A stretch of 64,000 nucleotides of DNA, from positions 36,783-100,782 of the forward strand of contig JBBABV010000001.1 in assembly GCA_041657445.1 (NCBI GenBank), in the 5' to 3' direction. A program made the translations under genes and the position numbers. Under the pieces are notes generated by a model that saw only the letters and a list, made by a program, of their open reading frames with translations, did not search any database and was not told the origin of the DNA. The DNA comes from Minisyncoccota bacterium. GTDB taxonomy: Bacteria > Patescibacteriota > Minisyncoccia > Phycocordibacterales > UBA9973. This document shows positions 19,147 through 29,426 of this stretch, piece after piece; position 1 is the stretch's first letter, and every line of letters starts with the position of its first letter.

Positions 19147-20391
19147 TTATTTTTTTTCAATATTTATTTCCCCCCAATGATTTAGAATATAAGCAGCTTT
19201 TTCTATTTGTGGGTCTCTTTTAATTAAAATATCTTGCTCTGTTCTTTTTACTTCATAATCAGGTGTAAGTCCAATATTTGAAATTGAATTTCTGTTTGGG
19301 GTAAGCCATTTTGCAACAGTAATCTTTAAAAGTGTATCAGGAGTTATTTTAACAACCTCCTGAACAGAACCCTTTCCAAAACTTTTTTCTCCGACAAGTA
19401 TTGCTTTTCCGTAATCCTGCATAGCTCCAGCTAAAATTTCAGAGGCTGATGCTGATCCATTATCAATTAGTATAACAAATTTCAATCTTTCACTAAAAGC
19501 ATTATATCCATAACTTCTATATACCTTCTCTTTATCCTCTACACCATAATCCTCAATTACAACAGTTTTTCCACTAGGTAAAAAACAACTAGCCATATCT
19601 ATAGCTGCATCCATATATCCTCCTGGATTTCCTCTGAGGTCAAGGATAAGTTTGTCAGTTTTTGATTCAGAGAATTCTTGTAATGCTTCACGAAAAAGTT
19701 TAGTAGAATTTGCAGAAAAACTATGGAGAGTTACAACAAAAATCCTATCACTTTTTCTTAATTGAGTTTCAATAATTGGAACATTGATAACATCTCTAAT
19801 GATCGTTATCTCTTTAACCTCTTCAAAACCTTCTCTCATAATAGATAATTTTACCTTCGTTCCCTTCTCTCCCCTTATCAACTTTACTGCCTCATCTACA
19901 CTCATACCCACTGTACTAATTTCATCAATTTTGATAATTTTATCACCAGATTCTATACCTGCATTGAAAGCAGGAGTATTTTTCATGGGAGCAATTACAG
20001 TGAGAATTTTGTCTTTAATTCCAACCTCCATACCTACTCCAATAAAATTTCCTGATATATCCTCCTCAAAAATCTTTGTTTCATTTGGATCAAAAAAAGT
20101 AGTATATGGATCTTCCAAGGAATTTACCAAACCAGAAATTGCTGAGTAAACTTTTTTTTGTGTATTTGTGTTTTTTGAATCAGGATGTTTTTCATTAAGA
20201 GTATTCCAAACCTTCCAAAAAGAAGAGAAATCTATTTTCTCAGAAATAGTAGGTTCTTTACCTGTTACATCTGTTACCTTTTCTACCTCTGTTTGCTTTG
20301 CTAGTCCTACATATACGCCGAAATAAAAAAGTCCTGTGGCAATTACAATTACAAGAACTATATGCTTAATTTTAAAAATATCTTTCTTCAT
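19147..20391 (-). CDS. Carboxyl-terminal processing protease (peptidase S41, with PDZ domain)
   Basis: N-terminal TM, a PDZ region, and the S41 catalytic block LDLRGNPGG...GSASASEILAGA. Confidence 0.85.
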   Translation of the reverse strand: MKKDIFKIKHIVLVIVIATGLFYFGVYVGLAKQTEVEKVTDVTGKEPTISEKIDFSSFWKVWNTLNEKHPDSKNTNTQKKVYSAISGLVNSLEDPYTTFFDPNETKIFEEDISGNFIGVGMEVGIKDKILTVIAPMKNTPAFNAGIESGDKIIKIDEISTVGMSVDEAVKLIRGEKGTKVKLSIMREGFEEVKEITIIRDVINVPIIETQLRKSDRIFVVTLHSFSANSTKLFREALQEFSESKTDKLILDLRGNPGGYMDAAIDMASCFLPSGKTVVIEDYGVEDKEKVYRSYGYNAFSERLKFVILIDNGSASASEILAGAMQDYGKAILVGEKSFGKGSVQEVVKITPDTLLKITVAKWLTPNRNSISNIGLTPDYEVKRTEQDILIKRDPQIEKAAYILNHWGEINIEKK

Positions 20392-20400
20392 TATTTATAT

Positions 20401-20625
20401 TTATTTTGATTCAAAGTCATCATTTTCAGAAAAATTATCAATTTGCTCATTTTCCTTTTCTGTTTCATTCTTAAGAGTTTTTGATAACTGACAAGAAATA
20501 ACAATGATAGTTACTCCAAATACCAAAAAAAGTATATTTTTTACAAAATATGGAAACCAAAGATAAGGCAAAATTATTGTCAATATACCTATCAATATAC
20601 TCAATTTAATTTTACTCATTTTCAT
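20401..20625 (-). CDS. Hypothetical small membrane protein (74 aa)
   Basis: ORF with two TM helices and an acidic tail. Confidence 0.3.
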   Translation of the reverse strand: MKMSKIKLSILIGILTIILPYLWFPYFVKNILFLVFGVTIIVISCQLSKTLKNETEKENEQIDNFSENDDFESK

Positions 20626-20659
20626 ATTATAACCTTAAAAAACAAAAAGGCAAACAAAA

Positions 20660-22351
20660 CTATTGAATATATTCTTTAGCATTTAAACTAATCCAATCAA
20701 AGAAGTTTTTTGCAACTGATACAGCTCCTACGGTTCCACCTGAAGGACCTTCTTCCATCATAATAGTAAAAGCATATTTTGGATTTTGGTAAGGGAAAAA
20801 ACCAGTAATCCAAGAGTTTACTTTACTTTTTGACAATCCAACCTGTGCAGTTCCTGTTTTAGAAGCAATTTCTATATATGGGACATTTAATACTGCTGAT
20901 GTTCCATACAAAACACCATCCCTCATTCCTTCATGAATTATTTTATAGTAATTTTCATCAATATCTTTATCAATTCTTTTAAAATCATTCTTCACTTCCA
21001 TTAATAAATGCGGTGAAGGAAGGAATCCTTTGGTTGCAATAGCAGAAATTGCTCTTGTTATTTCAAGAGGTGTTAATTGAAAACCATATTGTCCAATTAC
21101 AGTATTATATGTATCCCCCACCCTCCATGGTTCCCCTTTGAAATTTAATGCCTTCCATTCAGGACTAGGTATTACACCCTTTTTTTCATCTGGTAAATCT
21201 ACACCAGTTAATTCTCCTATTCCAAAGGCTTCTGCATATTCCTTTATTTTCAATATTCCTATTCCTTTTTGGTCTTCAAAGCCACCTCCTACTTCATAGA
21301 AATATATGTCACTTGAAACTGCTAAAGCACCTCTCATATCTACCCATCCATGTGCCTTCCAATCCTTAAAAATTGAAGGAAGGTCTGGAAAATATGGATT
21401 TGGTATTATCAATGTTCCACTTGAAAGAATTTTCTTTTCTGGGCTGATTACACCTTCTGAAAGTGCCGCTAGCGCAAAAAATGGTTTTACGATTGATCCA
21501 GGTGTATATAACCCAGATATAGTTCTGTCAAGAAAAACTTTTCTGTTATCTTTCAAATAATTTTCAATAGTATTTTTATCTTTCCCTTGAGAAATAACTT
21601 CAGAACTAAATTCAGGAAAACTCGTTTGAGCGATAATTTCCCCATTGGTAATATCCATCAATACACCAGCCCCTCCTTTAAAAGAATACATATCAGATGT
21701 GTTTTTTATTACGGAAAAGAGTTCTTTCTGAAGCCTAGCATCAATAGTAGTAATTAAGTCTTTACCTTGAATGGGATTATTTACTATGTTTTCGGTATGT
21801 ATTTGCCCCCTTACATCTCTTTCAATAATTTTTTCTCCATTTTGACCATTTAATTGATCATTATATTGTTTTTCTAATCCATCTTTCCCAATAAATTGAG
21901 TCTGCCAGTATTTCCCTTTTTCATCTTTAGCTGGATTGCTTACATATCCAAGCAGGTGTGAAAATCCAGGTGAGATATAGGAACGAAATGCATAATCATT
22001 ATTTGTATCCTTATTATTCCAAGCAAGAGGAACATTATTTCTATCAAAAATAATTCCTCTGTCACTAAAAATGATTTGTTTTTCAAGTGTATTATTATTA
22101 CTTCTATTTGTATATGCCTCCCCTTTTTGTATTTGTAAATACCCAAGTCTTACAAAAAAAATAACTATGATAATAGTGAAAAATGCACCAAGTGAAAAGA
22201 TAGTCTTTTTTGAAATTGCTTTTTCAATCCGCCCTTCAAACTGCTGTCTATTAAAATTTTCTTGATTATTTGAATCAAGAAAAATTTTATCTGGCTCAAC
22301 TAAATGATTAGTTTTATTTATTTTGTATTTTTTTTTAAATCTTATTATCAT
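20660..22351 (-). CDS. mrdA: Penicillin-binding protein 2 (class B transpeptidase)
   Basis: N-terminal TM, a dimerisation domain, and the transpeptidase motifs SIVKP (SxxK), SSD (SxN-type) and KTGTA (KTG). Confidence 0.85.
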   Translation of the reverse strand: MIIRFKKKYKINKTNHLVEPDKIFLDSNNQENFNRQQFEGRIEKAISKKTIFSLGAFFTIIIVIFFVRLGYLQIQKGEAYTNRSNNNTLEKQIIFSDRGIIFDRNNVPLAWNNKDTNNDYAFRSYISPGFSHLLGYVSNPAKDEKGKYWQTQFIGKDGLEKQYNDQLNGQNGEKIIERDVRGQIHTENIVNNPIQGKDLITTIDARLQKELFSVIKNTSDMYSFKGGAGVLMDITNGEIIAQTSFPEFSSEVISQGKDKNTIENYLKDNRKVFLDRTISGLYTPGSIVKPFFALAALSEGVISPEKKILSSGTLIIPNPYFPDLPSIFKDWKAHGWVDMRGALAVSSDIYFYEVGGGFEDQKGIGILKIKEYAEAFGIGELTGVDLPDEKKGVIPSPEWKALNFKGEPWRVGDTYNTVIGQYGFQLTPLEITRAISAIATKGFLPSPHLLMEVKNDFKRIDKDIDENYYKIIHEGMRDGVLYGTSAVLNVPYIEIASKTGTAQVGLSKSKVNSWITGFFPYQNPKYAFTIMMEEGPSGGTVGAVSVAKNFFDWISLNAKEYIQ

Positions 22352-22611
22352 AATAATATTCTTATTTTCGTTTTTACTATTTCTGTTAAAATCAAAAAGA
22401 CTAGAGATAATACAGATGATATAAACACAATACTAAATAATCCTTCTCTTGCTGTTCCAAAAATCATATCTGATAAGAAAAACAAAATAATTGCCTCAAA
22501 ATAAAATTTAAAATAAATTATTCCTAATATACCAATTATAACTGAAACATAAAAAGGGGAAAAAAGTATAGAAATCAATAACAAAACCGAAAAAAGTATT
22601 CGTATTAACAT
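22348..22611 (-). CDS. Hypothetical 3-TM membrane protein (possible MreD-like), translationally coupled to PBP2
   Basis: 87-aa hydrophobic ORF overlapping the mrdA start by 4 nt. Confidence 0.35.
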   Translation of the reverse strand: MLIRILFSVLLLISILFSPFYVSVIIGILGIIYFKFYFEAIILFFLSDMIFGTAREGLFSIVFISSVLSLVFLILTEIVKTKIRILL

Positions 22612-22646
22612 ATAGTATATATTACACTTTTTTAGTGTAAAAACAA

Positions 22647-23477
22647 TTATGAAATAAGAAATTTTTTAAGTAAAAATCTTGATATAAGAATTATAAGAAC
22701 AATTGGTATACCGTAAAATATTGTTTTGTTGTCAAACATAAATTCTGCAGTGGATGCAAGTAAAAACTTTGCTTGATTAATTTTTTGGGGAGGTAATTCA
22801 TCTTGATTTTCTTCTTTGTTCTCAATACTGTTTTTCGCTTCTTCCTTGATATTCTTTGACCAATTAATAGTATCTTGACGAAAATCTTCTATCGTTTTCA
22901 CTATATTATTCACCCTACCGGAGACACTATTTGTTGCAATGGTTGAAATACTATCAGAAAATTTATTCACAATATTTTTTGAAACATTTGAAATAATTTT
23001 TTTTCCGTCGCTAATTATATTAGTATTTTCATTACTATCCTTACTGAGAATAATTTTTTTAGGAACAAAACTTTCATTTTTTTCAGTTTCATTTCTGCCA
23101 AGAATTACTTCAGTATATCCTCCTTCGTTTGTGTAAAATTGAGCTTTTTCAATCCTAGCATATATGGAGTGATTACCGGCTGTTACAGTCCAGTCAATAG
23201 AAATATCAATAATTTTTCTACTCGTAACCGAAAAACTTTTTTTTCCAAGTAATATACTTCCATCATAAAAACTAACATTTCCTGACAATTCTCTCTCGTC
23301 AGGATTAAAGATAACTGTATATATTTTTATCTTATCTCCCTCTTCAAAATTATCTGTTGAATACCATATATTACTTTTTATAAAACCAGCATTTGAGTTT
23401 TGTGCAAATGATATATCCGAACACAAGAAAGCAAAAAAAACAAAAATGATTATAAAACTAAATTCCTTCATAGACAA
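22647..23477 (-). CDS. Hypothetical secreted/bitopic protein (276 aa)
   Basis: N-terminal signal-like helix and a C-terminal TM anchor. The middle is Ser/Asn/Lys-rich. No motif recognised. Confidence 0.4.
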   Translation of the reverse strand: MSMKEFSFIIIFVFFAFLCSDISFAQNSNAGFIKSNIWYSTDNFEEGDKIKIYTVIFNPDERELSGNVSFYDGSILLGKKSFSVTSRKIIDISIDWTVTAGNHSIYARIEKAQFYTNEGGYTEVILGRNETEKNESFVPKKIILSKDSNENTNIISDGKKIISNVSKNIVNKFSDSISTIATNSVSGRVNNIVKTIEDFRQDTINWSKNIKEEAKNSIENKEENQDELPPQKINQAKFLLASTAEFMFDNKTIFYGIPIVLIILISRFLLKKFLIS

Positions 23478-24846
23478 TTCTTTCTGAAAGACCTTTATAT
23501 GAGTGTGGTGTTATTTTTTTAAGTTCAGCTTTTAGATCAGAGCGAATTTCTAGTTTATCAATAAAAACATCAAAATCATTTTGAGTGATTCTTTTTCCTT
23601 GAGTAAGTTCTCTCAAAAGCTCATATGGTATTTTGTATCCTTCCTTTCTTAAGATAGTTTGTATTGCTTCAGCAATTACCTCTGGATGATTTAAGAGAGT
23701 TTCTTTTATTTTTTGTTTATTTACCTCAATTCTTGAAAGTCCATCAAGTAGATATTCATATCCTATATATGAATGAGCAAATGCTACTCCGACATTTCTT
23801 AAAACAGTTGAATCAGATAAATCCCTCTGTAATCTAGAAATAGGTAATTTACGAGCAAAAAATTCAAAAAAGGAGTTTGCTATTCCTAAATTTCCTTCAC
23901 TATTTTCAAATTTAATTGGATTAATCTTGTGAGGCATAGTAGAAGAACCAACACTCCCCTTTTTAACTTGTTGCCCTATCCACTCATCACTTATATATCT
24001 CCAAATATCTTGGTCAAAATCAATTAGAATTGAATTCAATCTCTTTAGCGAATCAAAGATTTCAATATAACTATCATGATTCTCAATCTGAGTTGTAATA
24101 CAGTTTGGTTTTAATAATACCTTATTTCTTTTGTTGAATGAGTTAATAAAGTTCTTACTAAAAGTAATCCAATTAATTTGTGGAAAAGATATAAAATGTG
24201 CATTCCAGTTTCCAGTGGCCCCATTTAATTTTGCATAGATTTGCACTGATGATAAAATCTGAAGTTGTTTTTTCAACCTGTTTGCAAATACTTTCATTTC
24301 CTTTCCAAAAGTCGTTGGACTAGCAGGTTGACCATGAGTTCTTGCAAGCATAGAAAGATTTTTATACTTCTTTGCAAGATATTCAAATTTTTTAATAATT
24401 TCATTAATTTTAGGAATGATTACATCTTCTAAAGAATCTCTTTGCATAAGAGAATAAGCGATATTATTTGTATCCTCTGAGGTAAGTGCAAAATGAATCC
24501 ATTCAATTAATTTACTTAAGGATGAGGATTTAATCTTTTCTTTTATAAAGTATTCAATTGCCTTAACATCATGATCTGTTGCTTTTATTTTTCCGTATCC
24601 TTTTAATTCAATATCTGAGATTATTTTAAGATCCTTTTCAGAAAGATTGTAGATTGATTCAAGGAATTCAATTTCTTTTTTTGAAAATTTTTTTATACCT
24701 ATATTTAGTTTAGAAAGTGCAATAAGATATTGTATTTCAACTTTTATTCTATATTGTGCTAATGCACCTTCAGAAAAGTATTTAAGAAGTGGAATTGTTC
24801 TTTTTGCATATCTTCCATCAAGTGGACTAATTACATTTTTATTCAT
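23458..24846 (-). CDS. purB: Adenylosuccinate lyase
   Basis: Fumarate-lyase signature GSSTMPHKINP. Confidence 0.9.
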   Translation of the reverse strand: MNKNVISPLDGRYAKRTIPLLKYFSEGALAQYRIKVEIQYLIALSKLNIGIKKFSKKEIEFLESIYNLSEKDLKIISDIELKGYGKIKATDHDVKAIEYFIKEKIKSSSLSKLIEWIHFALTSEDTNNIAYSLMQRDSLEDVIIPKINEIIKKFEYLAKKYKNLSMLARTHGQPASPTTFGKEMKVFANRLKKQLQILSSVQIYAKLNGATGNWNAHFISFPQINWITFSKNFINSFNKRNKVLLKPNCITTQIENHDSYIEIFDSLKRLNSILIDFDQDIWRYISDEWIGQQVKKGSVGSSTMPHKINPIKFENSEGNLGIANSFFEFFARKLPISRLQRDLSDSTVLRNVGVAFAHSYIGYEYLLDGLSRIEVNKQKIKETLLNHPEVIAEAIQTILRKEGYKIPYELLRELTQGKRITQNDFDVFIDKLEIRSDLKAELKKITPHSYKGLSERIVYEGI

Positions 24847-24847
24847 A

Positions 24848-25810
24848 TTAAATTATTCCTTTAATGTTATTTCTAATTCTTTCAATCGCAGGAAGACTAA
24901 AATCATGATCGAAAATACTTCCAGTAATCATCTCATATATTTCAATATATCTTCTAGAAAGTTCTACTACAAGTTCATCTGGTGCCTTTGGTAGAGTTTC
25001 ATCATGATATGGATCACAATTTTCTTTAAACCATAGTCTTAAAAATTCTTTATCAAAGTACTCTGGTTCCTTTTCTTCAGTAAATAGTTTCTCGTAAGAG
25101 TCTGCTTTCCAATACCGAGAGGAATCAGGTGTATGTATTTCATCAATTAATGTTAAATTATTATTTTCATCAAATCCAAATTCATACTTTGTATCAACTA
25201 AAATAAGTCCATGTGAAAGAGCAATTTCTTGTCCTCTTACAAAAAGCTCCTTAGAAATTTTTTCAATTAAATCAGTAGTCTCTCTTGAGAGTATTCCTTC
25301 TGATACAATTTCCTTTGGTGTAATAGGCCTATCATGTTCATCTGATTTAGTAGTAGGAGTAAAAAGTGGTTCTGGTAACTTTTGATTTTTTCTTAATCCC
25401 TCAGGGAGAACAAAATTACCAAAATTTCTTTTTCCATTCTTATAATGAGTCCAAAGAGAAGTATCTGTAACTCCAGTAATATATCCTCTTACAACACACT
25501 CAATTGGTATTGGAGAGCATTTCTTTGCAATAAGAACATTTGGATCTGGTATACTTATCAGATGATTTTTAATAATATCACTTGTATTCTTAAACCAAAA
25601 AACACTTATCTGGTTTAAAATTTCACCCTTAAAAGGAATATAAGCGATATTCCTATCAAATGAGGAATGTCTATCAGTAGCAATTAAAATTAATTTACCA
25701 TTATTAGAATAAACATCTCTAACCTTTCCTGTCTTTTTTTCACCTAATTCAGAGAAATTAGTTTCTTTAATTACATCATTGATATGTTTTTCTATTAATT
25801 CTTTGTTCAT
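24848..25810 (-). CDS. purC: SAICAR synthetase
   Basis: 320-aa long-form PurC, placed in purine-operon context. Confidence 0.8.
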   Translation of the reverse strand: MNKELIEKHINDVIKETNFSELGEKKTGKVRDVYSNNGKLILIATDRHSSFDRNIAYIPFKGEILNQISVFWFKNTSDIIKNHLISIPDPNVLIAKKCSPIPIECVVRGYITGVTDTSLWTHYKNGKRNFGNFVLPEGLRKNQKLPEPLFTPTTKSDEHDRPITPKEIVSEGILSRETTDLIEKISKELFVRGQEIALSHGLILVDTKYEFGFDENNNLTLIDEIHTPDSSRYWKADSYEKLFTEEKEPEYFDKEFLRLWFKENCDPYHDETLPKAPDELVVELSRRYIEIYEMITGSIFDHDFSLPAIERIRNNIKGII

Positions 25811-25815
25811 AGTTT

Positions 25816-26877
25816 CTACTTAAGTAAAGTTTTTCTATTACCTTTTATTATTTTACCTATCCAAAAAACTTCTTTAGTATTAAGAATTTCTTCAATCCTA
25901 TCTTTATCATTCTTATCAACAACAATTATCATTCCTATCCCCATATTAAATGCGCGATACATTTCTTCTTCGTTAATTTTTCCTGAACTTTTTATATATT
26001 CAAAAATTGGTAAAATAGGCCAGGATCCTTTTTGTATTTCTGCATTTAAATTATTTGGTAATATCCTTGGGATATTTTCAATAAAGCCTCCACCAGTAAT
26101 ATGAGCAATACCTTTAATTGCTATTTTTTTTTCAAAAAGTATAAGAATTTGATTAAGAAAACTCTCATGAGGTCTTAATAATTCTTCTCCAATGACCTCA
26201 CCTGTTGGTAATTTTGATTTAACTGTATGCTTTTTGATTTTAAAAAGAACATATCTTGCCAAGGAATATCCATTTGTTTGTAATCCTTTTGAAGCAAACC
26301 CAAGAATAATATCTCCTTCTTTTATCTTATCCCCTGTGATAATTTTATCTTTTTCAACTATACCTGTTATTACTCCAGCAATGTCGTGTTCCCCTCTAGC
26401 ATAAGTCCCGGGCATTTCAGCTGTCTCACCCCCAACAAGAGAAACTCCATTTTCCTTACAAGCCTTTGACATTCCTTTTACTATATCTCTAATCACTGTT
26501 GGTTCTAATACTTCACTGGCAATATAATCTAGAAATGTAAGTGGTCTTGCTCCCATTGAGAGTATATCATTGACACAATGATTGACTATATCTTCTCCGA
26601 TAGTGTCATATTTTTTTAGCATCTTCGCTACAGTGAGTTTTGTTCCTACACCATCAATACTTTGAACTAAAACAGGTTTTTTGTATTTTTTAAATAGATC
26701 AGATATTTCAAATAGCCCTCCAAAACTGCCTATATTTTTTAAAACAGATTTAGAATGAGTATTAGCAACAAATTGTTTTATTTGTGCCACTGCTTCGTTT
26801 CCTTTATCTATATTTACACCTGCTTTTTCGTATTTACTTTTTTTTATTTTTTTCATCAAAATACTTTTTATATCCAA
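25816..26877 (-). CDS. purM: AIR synthetase
   Basis: PurM-family N-terminus ([16 protein letters not shown]), with both the N and C domains present. Confidence 0.85.
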   Translation of the reverse strand: MDIKSILMKKIKKSKYEKAGVNIDKGNEAVAQIKQFVANTHSKSVLKNIGSFGGLFEISDLFKKYKKPVLVQSIDGVGTKLTVAKMLKKYDTIGEDIVNHCVNDILSMGARPLTFLDYIASEVLEPTVIRDIVKGMSKACKENGVSLVGGETAEMPGTYARGEHDIAGVITGIVEKDKIITGDKIKEGDIILGFASKGLQTNGYSLARYVLFKIKKHTVKSKLPTGEVIGEELLRPHESFLNQILILFEKKIAIKGIAHITGGGFIENIPRILPNNLNAEIQKGSWPILPIFEYIKSSGKINEEEMYRAFNMGIGMIIVVDKNDKDRIEEILNTKEVFWIGKIIKGNRKTLLK

Positions 26878-27367
26878 TTTTTAATAACTTTTCTCCTTTT
26901 AATTTTACCTCACTATCTATCTTCTTTTTATACCTTTCTAATTTTTTTTCAATTGATATATCCTTGAGTGATAAAATCTGCAAGGCAAGCAATGCACCAT
27001 TTTTTGATCCATTTATACCTACCGTAGCAACAGGTACTCCAGGGGGCATTTGAACTGTAGAAAGCAATGAATCCAATCCATCTAGTGTTTTTGCTTTTAT
27101 TGGAATTCCAATTACAGGTAGTGTCGTAAAACTTGCTAATACTCCTGCTAGGTGAGCTGAACCTCCGGCCCCTGCAATGATCACCTTAATTCCTCTCCCT
27201 TTTGCTTCCTTAGCATATTTATGAGCTAGTTCTGGGCTTCTATGAGCAGATATAACTGTAATCTCATATGGCAAATCAAAATCATCAAATACCTTTCCAG
27301 CTTCTGACATAATTTCTAGATCTGAGTCTGAACCCATGATTATTGCTACTTGTGGTGATTTTTTCAT
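26834..27367 (-). CDS. purE: PurE (N5-CAIR mutase or class II AIR carboxylase)
   Basis: [16 protein letters not shown]...SAHRSP are the PurE signatures. No purK is nearby. Confidence 0.85.
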   Translation of the reverse strand: MKKSPQVAIIMGSDSDLEIMSEAGKVFDDFDLPYEITVISAHRSPELAHKYAKEAKGRGIKVIIAGAGGSAHLAGVLASFTTLPVIGIPIKAKTLDGLDSLLSTVQMPPGVPVATVGINGSKNGALLALQILSLKDISIEKKLERYKKKIDSEVKLKGEKLLKIGYKKYFDEKNKKK

Positions 27368-27382
27368 ATTACAATAATATCA

Positions 27383-28678
27383 TTATAAATACTTTTTTCC
27401 AATATCTTTTCTGTATTGCATACCCTCAAACGATATTTTATTTATGGCTTCATATGCAATATCTAGAGCTTCCTTAAGAGTTCTACCTACTGCACTTACT
27501 CCTAACACTCTTCCTCCATTTGTAATAATTTTTTCGTTTTCTTTTTTTGTTCCTGCATGAAATACTTTCACAGAAGTATTATCCTCTGCTTTGACTATTC
27601 CATTAATTTCCTTCCCTTTTTCGTATCCTGCTGGGTATCCTTTTGAGGCTAATACTATAGTGCAGGCAGATTCCTGTCTCCATTTTATTTTTATAGTATT
27701 AAGAGTTTCTCTAATACAACTTTCAACTATATCAAGTAGATCAGTTTCTAGAAGTCGCATGTAACTTTGAGTCTCAGGGTCTCCAAAACGAGCATTAAAC
27801 TCAAGAATTTTCGGACCATTCTTTGTTAAAATTAGTCCTGGGTAAAGAACTCCTTGAAATGGAGAACCTTCCTTTTTCATTCCTTCCAATGTAGGAATGA
27901 TTATACTTTCTTCTATTTTCTTTAAAAGTATTTCATTTGTAAGTGGATGAGGAACAATCGTTCCCATTCCACCAGTATTTGGACCAGAATCCTCTTCTCC
28001 TATTCTTTTATGATCTCCTGATGAGGGAAAAATAGAATAATTTTTTCCATCACTGAAAACATGTATTGATATCTCAGGTCCCTCTAGAAATTCCTCAATT
28101 ACTATCTCCTTTCCTGCTTCTCCAAAAGAGTTTTTTTTCATTATTTCTTCTATTGCGGTAATAGCTTCGTTTTTTGTTTTACATATAAATACACCCTTAC
28201 CAAGTGCAAGCCCACTTACTTTTACAACAACTGGAAGAGAATGATCTGAAACATACCCTATCGCATTATCAAAATCATTAAATACTTCAAAATTAGCAGT
28301 CGGAAGACTGTATTTTTTCATAAAATTTTTAGCAAATGCTTTTGATGATTCAAGTTTAGCAGAATTTTTTGTTGGACCAAAAATCCTGAGGCCATTTTTT
28401 CTAAACTCATCAACAATACCTAATGCTAGTGGATCATCTGGAAGTGCAAGGGTTATATCTATCTTTTTGTTAATTGCAAAATTAAGAAGTGAAGGAATAT
28501 CTGTCGCTTTAATATCAGTATTCTCCCCTATTTCTTCTGTTCCTGCATTTCCAGGTGCAAAGAAAAGTTTTCCAGCTCTTTTTGATTGAGAAATTTTCCA
28601 TCCTACTGCATGTTCTCTTCCTCCACCTCCTATTATTAGAATATCTTTTTTAGAATTGTTATATGTTGAATTATCCAT
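27383..28678 (-). CDS. purD: GAR synthetase
   Basis: ILIIGGGGREHA N-terminus and an ATP-grasp fold. Confidence 0.85.
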   Translation of the reverse strand: MDNSTYNNSKKDILIIGGGGREHAVGWKISQSKRAGKLFFAPGNAGTEEIGENTDIKATDIPSLLNFAINKKIDITLALPDDPLALGIVDEFRKNGLRIFGPTKNSAKLESSKAFAKNFMKKYSLPTANFEVFNDFDNAIGYVSDHSLPVVVKVSGLALGKGVFICKTKNEAITAIEEIMKKNSFGEAGKEIVIEEFLEGPEISIHVFSDGKNYSIFPSSGDHKRIGEEDSGPNTGGMGTIVPHPLTNEILLKKIEESIIIPTLEGMKKEGSPFQGVLYPGLILTKNGPKILEFNARFGDPETQSYMRLLETDLLDIVESCIRETLNTIKIKWRQESACTIVLASKGYPAGYEKGKEINGIVKAEDNTSVKVFHAGTKKENEKIITNGGRVLGVSAVGRTLKEALDIAYEAINKISFEGMQYRKDIGKKYL

Positions 28679-29426
28679 TTGGATATGCTCTTTTAGCTAT
28701 TAATTTACATTTTTCTAGTATTTTTTCTTCCTCCTCATTTTTTACTAATGGATTTTTTCTTTTGTAAATTTTTACTATGCCTTCACTAAAATCCTTTAAG
28801 GCTTCTATTTGTATTTCATGTTCTATTGGAAGCAATTTTTTTTGTAGTGCTCTAGTTGTATCCTTGGGTGTGATTATAAGTTTTTTTCTTTTCACTATTT
28901 CCCCTGTATCAAATTCCTCAGTAACCATATGACAAGTTGCTTCAGTAAAATAATCTCTTTTTACTCTGCGAATAAATTCAAGTCTTGTTTTGTGCACACG
29001 AAGACCAAACATTCCTTTTCCCCCAAAATCAGGCCTTCCTGTATCAAGGGGACCAGGATGTTGATTTACAATATGCCCTTTATATTTTTTTATTACATTT
29101 CTAGGAGTAAGGGTCATAAAACCGTATTGTCCAATAAAATTAACCTTTCTTTTTTTACATTCCTTAAGAATAGCCTTCCCAAAATCTTCTCTACACTTGT
29201 ATTCTTTAGGATTAATGACAACAATGTCACTATTAGAAATTCCAAGCTTCTTCGCTTTTTCAATTCCTCCTGCATCTTTATTACTTGCTATAACTAAAAC
29301 AGGTAAAACCTTCCTTAATTTTCCACTCTTACATGCTTCAATGATTGCACTCATTGTGGTTCCTCCACCTGATATAAAAAGTGCTAATCTAAGAATATGA
29401 ATTTGTTTACTCTTTTGAAATTTCAT
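28671..29426 (-). CDS. purN: GAR formyltransferase
   Basis: Formyl-transferase fold (LALFISGGGTT...NQHPGPL) with a roughly 50-aa C-terminal tail. Confidence 0.75.
   Translation of the reverse strand: MKFQKSKQIHILRLALFISGGGTTMSAIIEACKSGKLRKVLPVLVIASNKDAGGIEKAKKLGISNSDIVVINPKEYKCREDFGKAILKECKKRKVNFIGQYGFMTLTPRNVIKKYKGHIVNQHPGPLDTGRPDFGGKGMFGLRVHKTRLEFIRRVKRDYFTEATCHMVTEEFDTGEIVKRKKLIITPKDTTRALQKKLLPIEHEIQIEALKDFSEGIVKIYKRKNPLVKNEEEEKILEKCKLIAKRAYPNG

Noticed and set aside
19784-20149. Antisense ORFs longer than 100 aa inside confirmed genes (also 30125-30529, 50347-50793, 51795-52211, 28929-29297, 8229-8591)
   Set aside because: They are low-complexity translations opposite well-supported genes. 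This is typical of AT-rich DNA, and none carries a motif.
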